Shown here: positions 9,047-17,351 of the stretch, in pieces | Numbering within the stretch: the first letter of the stretch is position 1 | How the letters are laid out: every line of letters starts with the position of its first letter | Virus record (IMG/VR): IMGVR_UViG_3300042268_000564 | Length of the DNA: 64,000 nucleotides | Reading direction: 5' to 3' (one strand) | Source: a virus | Lineage: Duplodnaviria; Caudoviricetes | The notes under the pieces: model-generated | The model's database searches: none | What the model was told of the DNA's origin: nothing | Seen by the model: the letters and a program-made list of their open reading frames with translations, nothing else | Position numbers and translations under genes: made by a program

Positions 9047-11674
9047 TTGTCAATGAATTTAAGCTTTGAACCAATCGTTGTAGAAAGGTCGCAAGAATTC
9101 TCAGAAGCTCAATTCACAATAGGTGATATGGGTATAGTATTGGAAATATTGCGCAGTAAACTTTATTCTAACGCCATTCAGGCTTTTGTAAGAGAAATAG
9201 GCTGTAACGCAAAAGATGCCAATAAAGAAGCTGGACGAGAGAATATTCCCGTAAAGATTAAATTGCCAACAAAAGCAAGCCCAACATGTGACTTTATTGA
9301 TTGCGGGGTGGGAATTAATCAATCCAGAATGTATGATGTTTTTATCAATTATGGTAAAAGCACTAAGCGTAAAGACAAAGATGCAATAGGTGAATTTGGA
9401 ATCGGGGCAAAAACACCGTTCGCCTATACCAATGCTTTTACAATTATTACGACTGCTGCGGAGCCTGATGGCAAAGTTTATCGCTCGACTTATTCATCTT
9501 ATATTGATGAAAGCCGTTGCGGGAAATTGGCACTTATAAGTAGAGATGAGGTGCACGGTGATGCAACTACTGGCACTACGATTTCTATTCCAATACTGCC
9601 TGATGATTTTTCATCTGTAAAAAGTTTGGTTGAAAAGAATCTAAGATTTTGGGCAGTGCCACCTATTCTGATTGATGATGGAAAAGAATATCAGCTTGAG
9701 GGTGCTAATAAGACTCTTGCTCCTTACAAAGGGCTTAAAGCTGATTTCTACATTTTGAGTGGTGCCAGTAATGCCACTGTGTTAGCAGGGGAAATGCAAT
9801 ACCCCTTGAGGATAGAGGAGTTGTCAGGGGGTTTTAATAGTATTCCTGCTGAAAAATTCAAAATAACTGAATGGCAATTTACAGCTTTGAATGCAATGTT
9901 GAATTCAGGCATAATTCTCGCTTATCCCAATAAAGGTGTAGCTGTAGCAGCAAATAGAGAACAGCTTGATTACACTAATTACACGACTCAAACGATTGTG
10001 AATGATATGTTGCATTATATGAATCAGTATTTCGAGAATATTGGTCAGGATTTCAAAAAGCATTGCAATTCTTTGAATGAGGCTTATCAGTTTGTGATAG
10101 ATGCAAGAAATGCAAGTGGGCACCTGTTTGAAGCTTATTGTAAAAAAACTGAGGACAGCCCATTCGTTTATAAGCATTTAGACTTATTAAAAGTGCTTAA
10201 AAGTGCTGGTAAGATTAGCTTGGCTGATTTTATTGCGCCCGATGATATAGAGGCATTTAAAGAATGTTTTGAGGACAATAAAGAAAATGTCAAAGTAATC
10301 AGTGCTAAGGGTTTGCTTGTGAATGTGAAGTTAAAAACTTTTTTTAAAAGCATAGAAACTTTGAGCGGTTTTAAAAGCAGGGTTACGCAGCAAATCCCAC
10401 TCACAGAACAGATAATTTTGCTGGATAGAACTGCTAACAGAAACAAATATCTCAGGAAAATAGAGCATTACATAGCGACTACAGGAAAATACTCTGTAGT
10501 AATTGTCGATGCAGGTGGGATGTATTCTTTTGGTGATAAGTTGCTTGCCAAGCTTTTCTCAAGCCCGATAGCCAAAGAGTTCGGGGTGCTAACTATAGAC
10601 GACCTGCCAGACCCACCAGCTAGACCAAAACTTGTAAAGGAAAAAAGCAGAGCAAATAAACGGAATTTGGCTGCAACAACGATATTTGGTTATAGTTTTC
10701 GACAAGCTGATTTGCCTGATGAGGGTGAAGTTATTTATGCTTTGCGTAGTGGTTCTCAGTGCACTTTTAATATTTCTAAGGATTTGAAAAAGAAACGTCT
10801 TGAAGACATTAGTGTCGATATAGGCATTGAACCTGCCAAGCTATATTTGCATGGGCTTAAAGAATTGCTTGGGCAAAAAAGCATGATGCCTTATTTCCTT
10901 ACCAAGACAAGTATTCATCATATTCAAGAGACGGGTGACGAAAGATTCCTGACATGGTCTGAATATATAACCAGAGAATTTAGAAACAACGCAAGAACAA
11001 GACGCAGAATTATGCGTTTTATGATAAGTTCAGTCTTTAAACTTGCGGCAGTTTATTTCGACAATAATCATGCAGATTTTTTGAAACACATGTATTCAGC
11101 GGACGGCAAGAATAAAAAGTTATTGGGTAACTTTTGGTTGCTTTTGCAGATGTGGGAGTCAGCAGAAGCTGAACTGGACAAGTCTGCATATGGATATTAC
11201 AAAAACAATTTTAAAGCCAGTAAGATTTATATGGATAGAGCCGAGTTTGTGTCCGACAAGAAAGCTCGCCGTGCCACAGTGCCATTTATTTTTGGGATTA
11301 GACATCATCAATTTAATTCTAATGACATAGCAAGAATGAGAGATAAATCTGAGTTCCTGACTTTGTTAATGAATCTGTTAAAAAATGAGCCAGAGATAAA
11401 AGCCCTTAAAAAGGTATACAAAATAGCCAAAGAGCGGGACAAATGGACACCAGAATTATTAGCTAAAATCCCTGTATTCTTCAACGGAAAAGCCGTGTCG
11501 AGGTATTATAAAATAGACATGAAAAAGATTGCGAGATTTACCAAAAAGAACAAATTAAAAATCGCATCACATTTTGCAGTGTCACATGCAAGGAATTACA
11601 GTGGCGGCTTCACTCGCAAGGAGCCTGTTATCACATACCAATTGATAGATTTTTTTGAAAAACTGGAGGGCTGA
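9047..11674 (+). CDS. rIIA: rIIA-like protein (N-terminal GHKL/HATPase domain)
   Basis: ILRSKLYSNAIQAFVREIGCNAKDA, DCGVGI, YGKSTKR, IGEFGIGAKTPFAY, ANREQL; followed by rIIB. Confidence 0.85.
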   Translation: MSMNLSFEPIVVERSQEFSEAQFTIGDMGIVLEILRSKLYSNAIQAFVREIGCNAKDANKEAGRENIPVKIKLPTKASPTCDFIDCGVGINQSRMYDVFINYGKSTKRKDKDAIGEFGIGAKTPFAYTNAFTIITTAAEPDGKVYRSTYSSYIDESRCGKLALISRDEVHGDATTGTTISIPILPDDFSSVKSLVEKNLRFWAVPPILIDDGKEYQLEGANKTLAPYKGLKADFYILSGASNATVLAGEMQYPLRIEELSGGFNSIPAEKFKITEWQFTALNAMLNSGIILAYPNKGVAVAANREQLDYTNYTTQTIVNDMLHYMNQYFENIGQDFKKHCNSLNEAYQFVIDARNASGHLFEAYCKKTEDSPFVYKHLDLLKVLKSAGKISLADFIAPDDIEAFKECFEDNKENVKVISAKGLLVNVKLKTFFKSIETLSGFKSRVTQQIPLTEQIILLDRTANRNKYLRKIEHYIATTGKYSVVIVDAGGMYSFGDKLLAKLFSSPIAKEFGVLTIDDLPDPPARPKLVKEKSRANKRNLAATTIFGYSFRQADLPDEGEVIYALRSGSQCTFNISKDLKKKRLEDISVDIGIEPAKLYLHGLKELLGQKSMMPYFLTKTSIHHIQETGDERFLTWSEYITREFRNNARTRRRIMRFMISSVFKLAAVYFDNNHADFLKHMYSADGKNKKLLGNFWLLLQMWESAEAELDKSAYGYYKNNFKASKIYMDRAEFVSDKKARRATVPFIFGIRHHQFNSNDIARMRDKSEFLTLLMNLLKNEPEIKALKKVYKIAKERDKWTPELLAKIPVFFNGKAVSRYYKIDMKKIARFTKKNKLKIASHFAVSHARNYSGGFTRKEPVITYQLIDFFEKLEG

Positions 11675-11676
11675 CG

Positions 11677-12894
11677 ATGGTATTTAAAAATTTTATTCGT
11701 ACCGCAAAGCATATCATGATTGCTTTCGACACAAAGGTCTGGACTATCCCAAAAGGTGACCCGTATTTTGAAGCTGCAAATCGTTTCATCAATGAAGGAC
11801 AGACAGATGAATTGTCAGCCCTCTGCAAGTTGGCAGGGGAACACATAGAACCTGTTAAAATTCAGATATCTTCAGAGCAAGGACAAGCCAAGCCTGAGCC
11901 TAAAACAGTTATAAGCCGCACAGAAGATAAGGCTTATATCGTAGTAGACGGAATCAAAATGCCAGCAGTGCTTGGTAAGGCGATGCTGACTCTCATTACC
12001 AAAGGTGAATCTGTAGAATATTTGAAGAATTTCTGGAATCGTTTGAGAAAGAATCCTGATGAAAGCTCAAAGCAGCAGTTATACGGTTTTTTGAAAAATC
12101 ATCACATTACAATTCTTGATGACGGTTGCCTCTTGCTTTATAAAAGGGTAAGAGATGATTTCAGAGATTTTTACACTGGCAAAATGGACAATAGCCCCGG
12201 CATGGTTGTAAAGATGCCTCGTGAGAAGGTATTGAATGACCCGTCAAGGCATTGTGGTGAAGGACTGCATTGTGCATCGTTTGATTATATGCCTATTTAT
12301 CATGGTGGTCAGGGTAAGATTATTGAGCTGAGACTTGACCCGAAACATGTTGTGAGTATCCCTACCGATTGCAATGGCGACAAGTTGAGGGTTTGTGAAT
12401 ACAAGGTGCTGCGATTGTTCCTTGGTGGCGGTGTTAATGAGCCAGTGAGTAAAGAGCCAAAAGTTGTAAAATCGTCAAAACCGAAAAAGTCTAAGATGGA
12501 TAAACTCTTGAACGGCAAAGCTCGCAAGAAAGCAAGGTATGAGGCAAAACAGGCAATGCAGACTAAGCCAGTAGTTAAGCAGGGATTAAAGCCTGATACG
12601 AAGTTGCCGAAGATTAAGCTTAATTCTGACACTAATCGTGGCAGAGTGAGAATCCCAAGCAAGCTTATTATTGCGATTGGCGGGTCTTTTGGGGATACAA
12701 TTTACTGTGAATATACAAGAGGCAAAATTGTTCTCAGAAAAGAGCAGACCGCTGATTCGTCAAAATATGCATATACTATTAACAAGGACAACGGTTTCAA
12801 GCTTTCCAAAGATGTGCTTGTAGCCAGTGGGCTAAATAATGGCGAACTTTACGCTGAAGTTGTTGGCGATGTAATCCTTATCAAAGCCAAGTAA
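11677..12894 (+). CDS. rIIB: rIIB-like protein
   Basis: NFWNRLRKNP, QLYGFL, DGCLLLYKRV, DNSPG..VKMPREKV, CGEGLH, VVSIPTD..KLRVCEY. Confidence 0.9.
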   Translation: MVFKNFIRTAKHIMIAFDTKVWTIPKGDPYFEAANRFINEGQTDELSALCKLAGEHIEPVKIQISSEQGQAKPEPKTVISRTEDKAYIVVDGIKMPAVLGKAMLTLITKGESVEYLKNFWNRLRKNPDESSKQQLYGFLKNHHITILDDGCLLLYKRVRDDFRDFYTGKMDNSPGMVVKMPREKVLNDPSRHCGEGLHCASFDYMPIYHGGQGKIIELRLDPKHVVSIPTDCNGDKLRVCEYKVLRLFLGGGVNEPVSKEPKVVKSSKPKKSKMDKLLNGKARKKARYEAKQAMQTKPVVKQGLKPDTKLPKIKLNSDTNRGRVRIPSKLIIAIGGSFGDTIYCEYTRGKIVLRKEQTADSSKYAYTINKDNGFKLSKDVLVASGLNNGELYAEVVGDVILIKAK

Positions 12895-12901
12895 AGCTTG
12901 C

Positions 12902-12935
12902 AAGAAAAAAGCCCCGACTAAGGGGCTTTTTTCTT
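12902..12935. terminator. Bidirectional intrinsic terminator
   Basis: AAGAAAAAAGCCCC / GGGGCTTTTTTCTT between convergent genes. Confidence 0.85.
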
Positions 12936-12936
12936 T

Positions 12937-13371
12937 TTAGCCAATAAGTAGTAAAATAAATGGGTTCTGCGGGGTAAGCCACGGTAATAATTCATTGTAT
13001 AACACTTCCAAATAGCTTTGGGAAAGCAAAAATGCGTTGTCGATTGCCAAACATGAAAGTTTTGTCCCCCGTTTGTTCGATAAAGCGTCTGCGATAGTTT
13101 TTTTCTTATTGAAACGGATTTCACCATTTGCATTTTTAGTGAGAATGATTGTTGCTTGCGCTTCAGGAGCGTCTTTTTCAAATTTCTGAATGGACAAAGT
13201 ATGTCCCATCTCACGAGGGGCTTGCAGCCTGATTGTGGCATGTTCTCTGAGCCATGTAACAGAATCCATTGATTTGCGTGCCAACATGCCGTCAGGCGAC
13301 TGTTGTTGACGAATAGTTTCTCTGATGAGCGGAACGAGAGCTGTGTATATCAAGTTTCCTTTAAAAATCAT
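12937..13371 (-). CDS. Hypothetical protein
   Basis: 144 aa, AAGGAG RBS. Confidence 0.7.
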   Translation of the reverse strand: MIFKGNLIYTALVPLIRETIRQQQSPDGMLARKSMDSVTWLREHATIRLQAPREMGHTLSIQKFEKDAPEAQATIILTKNANGEIRFNKKKTIADALSNKRGTKLSCLAIDNAFLLSQSYLEVLYNELLPWLTPQNPFILLLIG

Positions 13372-13431
13372 TTATAAAACTCCTTTGTTTTATCTTTATA
13401 TTACTTTGCAAAGATAAAGTGTTAGAGAGAG

Positions 13432-13677
13432 GTGTTTGAGATGGATGAGTTTGAAAATGATGATTTCGTTTTGGAACAAATCGAGTATGTGCGAGAGGTT
13501 GCAGCTTGCGCTAAAACTAACAAGCACTGGGACTCTTTGATTGGCTTCATGGCACGAATCATGTTTGCCTGTAGTGTGGAAGTTAAGCCAGCAGTAAAAG
13601 AGAAGTTTACAATATTATTTAATGAATATAAAAAGTGGAGACTGAAACAGAAGGCAGGAAAAGATGGGCAAGCGTAA
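13432..13677 (+). CDS. Hypothetical protein
   Basis: 81 aa ORF, coupled to the next gene. Confidence 0.6.
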   Translation: MFEMDEFENDDFVLEQIEYVREVAACAKTNKHWDSLIGFMARIMFACSVEVKPAVKEKFTILFNEYKKWRLKQKAGKDGQA

Positions 13678-14059
13678 ACAAAAAAAGATAGTTTCGGGGA
13701 AAGATGTCTTAGCTATGCAGCTCGGACAAAAGTTTGCTGACGTGGTAATGAAGGCACTGTTTAATTATGCAAATAAATTAGCAGATGATAATCCCGAAGG
13801 TGTTGCAGCCGTAGTGATTAACGAAGGGGCAGGAAATTTCGCAATAGTTTCGGATGACACTATTGAAGTCTTTGATAGTATCAAGACGCCTGTTGCCTTG
13901 ATTAAGGATGTTGCTGGTGACGGAGAGCTTGCATGGCGTATTTGGCGTATATTTCAATCACATGGTGAGAAGGTTGCGAAGGGATTGGTGCCAGCTATAT
14001 TGTTCAGTAATTTTCATGGTGAATTTATAGCTATTGATAATGAAGAATCTGATGATTGA
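13664..14059 (+). CDS. Hypothetical protein
   Basis: 131 aa ORF. Confidence 0.65.
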   Translation: MGKRKQKKIVSGKDVLAMQLGQKFADVVMKALFNYANKLADDNPEGVAAVVINEGAGNFAIVSDDTIEVFDSIKTPVALIKDVAGDGELAWRIWRIFQSHGEKVAKGLVPAILFSNFHGEFIAIDNEESDD

Positions 14060-14083
14060 CAAGTTATAAGTTGCATATATAAT
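14056..14083 (+). promoter_or_regulatory. Promoter TTGACA-N16-TATAAT (leaderless start at 14090)
   Basis: Perfect hexamers; ATG 6 nt downstream. Confidence 0.8.
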
Positions 14084-14089
14084 GAGTAT

Positions 14090-14332
14090 ATGAAAACTTA
14101 TCGTATGGAAGCAAATGGGGATAATCCTGTGCTTGTTGAGGATTTTTATGAAGACGCAATGGAGTCCTTGGATGTGAGAGACGAAGCCATTCCCGATGAT
14201 GCATTGGATTGTGATTTTGTTATTTATGCGTCTTATTTGAGCAATATGTTTACGTTCCATAAGGTAAAAATTTTTGATTGGTGTCGATACGAAACACGTA
14301 AAATACAGGAAAGAACATTAGACTTGTTATAG
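14090..14332 (+). CDS. Hypothetical protein ending TLDLL
   Basis: 80 aa ORF. Confidence 0.7.
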   Translation: MKTYRMEANGDNPVLVEDFYEDAMESLDVRDEAIPDDALDCDFVIYASYLSNMFTFHKVKIFDWCRYETRKIQERTLDLL

Positions 14333-14340
14333 GAGGATAC

Positions 14341-14583
14341 ATGAACCCTAAACACTATAGACAATATGATGCGTCGGATATAGAATTTACCGTTGATACT
14401 GAATCTCTGCGTTCATGGGCTAAAGCTTGTGAGGGTGTTGGTGTAGCTGTCAAAGACGTTGAACAGGCTTTTCGGTTATTAAGTGACCATGTTAAGGGGA
14501 ATGTTTTTACCTTTGACTCTTATCCTTCTGTTCAAAAGGCTGAAATTCCTGCGCCTGACAAACGTGCGATTGAGATGATGTAA
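14341..14583 (+). CDS. Hypothetical protein ending AIEMM
   Basis: 80 aa, AGGAGG RBS. Confidence 0.7.
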   Translation: MNPKHYRQYDASDIEFTVDTESLRSWAKACEGVGVAVKDVEQAFRLLSDHVKGNVFTFDSYPSVQKAEIPAPDKRAIEMM

Positions 14584-14584
14584 G

Positions 14585-14809
14585 ATGCCAATATCGCCAT
14601 CAAGCGACCGAGCCACATTGTCCGAGATTCGAGTTAAGATATTAGCCGATTTATTCCAAAATGGATGTATTTCAAAACATTCATTGTTGGATTTTATGGG
14701 TTTTGAGGGTTTTAAAGGGATGAAAGCAAACTGTTGTTTTATTGATGATTGCTTTGAGTTCGGCAATAATAGACGTTCTTTGGAAGAGCAAGTTTGGGAT
14801 ATGTTGTGA
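14585..14809 (+). CDS. Hypothetical protein ending VWDML
   Basis: 74 aa, tightly packed in operon. Confidence 0.6.
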   Translation: MPISPSSDRATLSEIRVKILADLFQNGCISKHSLLDFMGFEGFKGMKANCCFIDDCFEFGNNRRSLEEQVWDML

Positions 14810-15105
14810 CCAAAAATTTTGACATTGATATTGTTGGTGAATTGGATTCCTCTGCCAGAGCCGAAATGCAGAAAGATGCAGAGGATATTATTGCTGCAAG
14901 AAAAGAAGCAAAGCTCAGACAAGAATTTCCAGACGAGTATGCGACTACTGGTTATGTTGATGTAGCAGCGCAAGGTTTAACATTTATATCATCTAGTGCA
15001 GTGCCTGCATTGCCGCAAGCGGGAATGGCGTATTATGATAATAATACAGGCAATATCCATATTTTTGATGGGAAAGATTGGCAGACATTAGCCTCTACGC
15101 CATGA
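14806..15105 (+). CDS. Hypothetical protein with tail-fibre-like GMAYYDNNTGNIHIFDGKDW module
   Basis: GTG start overlaps the previous TGA; begins KNFDIDIV. Confidence 0.6.
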   Translation: MTKNFDIDIVGELDSSARAEMQKDAEDIIAARKEAKLRQEFPDEYATTGYVDVAAQGLTFISSSAVPALPQAGMAYYDNNTGNIHIFDGKDWQTLASTP

Positions 15106-15320
15106 AAAACTTTGATATCGAGTTGGCAAAAGAGTGTAATGCTGCTGCCGACAAATTACTGAGAGAGCTTGCAGCAGACATAATTTTGAAAAAAAGTTTA
15201 TTCCCAAGCTTGACAGAGATAAATCTTGAAAGCGGTATTCCAGCTCCAGTGAATAATAAGTGGAAATTTGTAGATTGGGCAAGTCCTATAATTATCCATA
15301 GAGGGAATGTCGATGTTTGA
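15102..15320 (+). CDS. Hypothetical protein beginning MKNFDIELA
   Basis: ATGA overlap with the previous stop. Confidence 0.6.
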   Translation: MKNFDIELAKECNAAADKLLRELAADIILKKSLFPSLTEINLESGIPAPVNNKWKFVDWASPIIIHRGNVDV

Positions 15321-15684
15321 CATTGATTTCGTTAGAGAGAATGATAAAGAGTTGCGTGATGCAATAAGGGATGAAATGTCCAAGATTTCCAAGCCAAGTG
15401 AACCTGAATTTGAGGAAGTGAATTTTAAGGGGCATCACCCTATTGTATTTCTTAATGGCGTGATGCAGATAGAGGGAACTGATTATGAACCTGTAATGTC
15501 GCCGGATGGGACTTTTACGGGGATTACTTTAACTACTTTCCCTGATGCTAATGATGAGCTTATAGTTAAATGGATTGATACAGACGACAAGGCTACCCCG
15601 CCCGTCGAGACGATGTTCTTTGCTTGTGTTCGAGGACGAGATATGAAAATTAATAGAATTCTATTTAAGGATTATAAAATATGA
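15307..15684 (+). CDS. Hypothetical protein with phage structural beta-domain motif
   Basis: VFLNGVMQIEGTDYE...ITLTTFPDANDELIV; begins MSMFDIDF. Confidence 0.6.
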   Translation: MSMFDIDFVRENDKELRDAIRDEMSKISKPSEPEFEEVNFKGHHPIVFLNGVMQIEGTDYEPVMSPDGTFTGITLTTFPDANDELIVKWIDTDDKATPPVETMFFACVRGRDMKINRILFKDYKI

Positions 15685-16037
15685 ACGTGCCAATAAAAAT
15701 TAAACAAGATATCAAAGTTTTATATTTGCCAAAAGACAGGCTGCTGAACGGAGAATATGAAATAGAATTTTATCAAAATGGTCTATTGTTAAGTCTTGGC
15801 GAGGAATATAAATTAGTGCTGAGAGACACTAAACTTTACGCTGAATTTCTTTATCCTAATGATGGCGATGTGTTCAAAATGAGAATCCAGAGTCGTGTTA
15901 TTGATAGTTCTAATTTTGGAGCTTATATCTGTTGCTCGATGTTTTGTAAAAGATTTCATAACAAATCTAACTTGTTTTTTTCAGGGATTGTGTTAATAGA
16001 TGATGAAATAGCTAATATTGAAATGGACTTACTCTAA
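15681..16037 (+). CDS. Hypothetical protein ending EMDLL
   Basis: FYQNGLLLSLGEEYKL resembles the previous gene. Confidence 0.6.
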   Translation: MNVPIKIKQDIKVLYLPKDRLLNGEYEIEFYQNGLLLSLGEEYKLVLRDTKLYAEFLYPNDGDVFKMRIQSRVIDSSNFGAYICCSMFCKRFHNKSNLFFSGIVLIDDEIANIEMDLL

Positions 16038-17224
16038 TCCATTAAGCAAAAATCCAGCTCATTATCATAGAATTTTTTAATTCTATTCTCTGCAATCTTT
16101 ACATATTCAGGGCTAAGTTCTATTCCGATAAAGTTTTTATTTTGCTCCATTGCTACGATACCAGTAGTCCCAGAGCCAAAGAATGGGTCGAGCACGGTTC
16201 CACCTTCAGGACAGCCAGCAAGAATACATGGCGTTATTAATTCACGAGGATAAGAAGCGTAGTGTTTTTCATTATTGCCTTTAACAGCAATTGTCCAAAC
16301 GTCTCTGCGATTGCGCATCTCATCTACGTGCCTTTTCCCTAATTCCTTTAGACCATCTTTGTTGTGTCCGCCACATTCTGACCAAGTGAAATGATTTTGT
16401 CCGCCGGGCAGGTCACCAGCTCTTACTGATGGCTCTTTGATTGCATCATTGTTGAAATAATATTTTGGCTTTTTGCTGAAAAGGAAAATGTATTCGTGAG
16501 CACGGCTACAACGGTCTTGAACTGATTCAGGCATTGGGTTCCCGCTCCAGCCATGTTTGCAGGCATCGCCAGAAACACCTTTTGCCCAAATGATGTCTTG
16601 ACGTAAAATCCAGCCATCATCTTGTAGTGCAAATGCCACCCTCCAAGGAATTCCCAACAAATTCTTTGCAGGCAATTCTTTGGTCGTTTTTGTTAAGGTA
16701 CCAGTTGTAGAACCTTTATTTGTTTTTTGCATCTCAGAGCCGACTATTGAACCGTCGCTCATCATTCCCTTACCACTGCCAGCATAAGAATCACCTAAAT
16801 TGAGCCATAAAGTGCCTGATGGTTTTAATACCCTACGTATCTCTCTGAATACCACAGTGAGCTTTTCAAGGTATTCTTTCATTGTAAATTCAAGACCAAT
16901 TTGTTTGTCGATTCTTTTTGCGCCACATTTCTCACAGATATCTTTGTAATAGTAGCCATCTATTTTTGTTTCTTCTCGACTCGGACGATTTTGATTAAAC
17001 TCAGGATTGCCAAATTTCTTTGTTCTTGTTGGGTCAGCTACGTGGTCGCAATCAAGCGAACCACCCTCCCACGTAGACGTTCCATAATCACGAAGCCCAA
17101 GGTAGGGAGGCGAGGTTACACAGCAATCAACAGAGTTGTCTGGTAGTTGTTTTAAGACCTCTATGCAGTCACCGTTGATGATGGAGTTGGGTTCAATCGT
17201 GGGTGTTGTAGTGACGTTTATCAT
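16034..17224 (-). CDS. DNA methyltransferase, N4-C/N6-A beta class
   Basis: VTSPPY catalytic motif, WLNLGDSY, DPFFGSGTT SAM-binding motif, FIGIEL. Confidence 0.92.
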   Translation of the reverse strand: MINVTTTPTIEPNSIINGDCIEVLKQLPDNSVDCCVTSPPYLGLRDYGTSTWEGGSLDCDHVADPTRTKKFGNPEFNQNRPSREETKIDGYYYKDICEKCGAKRIDKQIGLEFTMKEYLEKLTVVFREIRRVLKPSGTLWLNLGDSYAGSGKGMMSDGSIVGSEMQKTNKGSTTGTLTKTTKELPAKNLLGIPWRVAFALQDDGWILRQDIIWAKGVSGDACKHGWSGNPMPESVQDRCSRAHEYIFLFSKKPKYYFNNDAIKEPSVRAGDLPGGQNHFTWSECGGHNKDGLKELGKRHVDEMRNRRDVWTIAVKGNNEKHYASYPRELITPCILAGCPEGGTVLDPFFGSGTTGIVAMEQNKNFIGIELSPEYVKIAENRIKKFYDNELDFCLMD

Positions 17225-17265
17225 TTAAACATATCCAATTCTTCAAATTTGTATACTTTTGCCAT
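17221..17265 (-). CDS. 14-aa micro-ORF MAKVYKFEELDMFK
   Basis: GAGGT RBS 10 nt upstream; TGA overlaps the ATG of the MTase at 17224; encodes the EELDMF motif. Confidence 0.6.
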   Translation of the reverse strand: MAKVYKFEELDMFK

Positions 17266-17291
17266 ACAATCGTTTACCTCTGCTATACAAT

Positions 17292-17351
17292 CTTGTTCAT
17301 TTTTTAATTTTGTTCACAAAAAATGAACAAGCATTTTTTGTGAACAAAATT
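17292..17351. repeat. Overlapping perfect inverted repeats built from four TTGTTCA/TGAACAA units
   Basis: 20-bp arms 17306-17325 and 17332-17351; alternative 14-bp arms 17292-17305 and 17318-17331. Confidence 0.85.
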
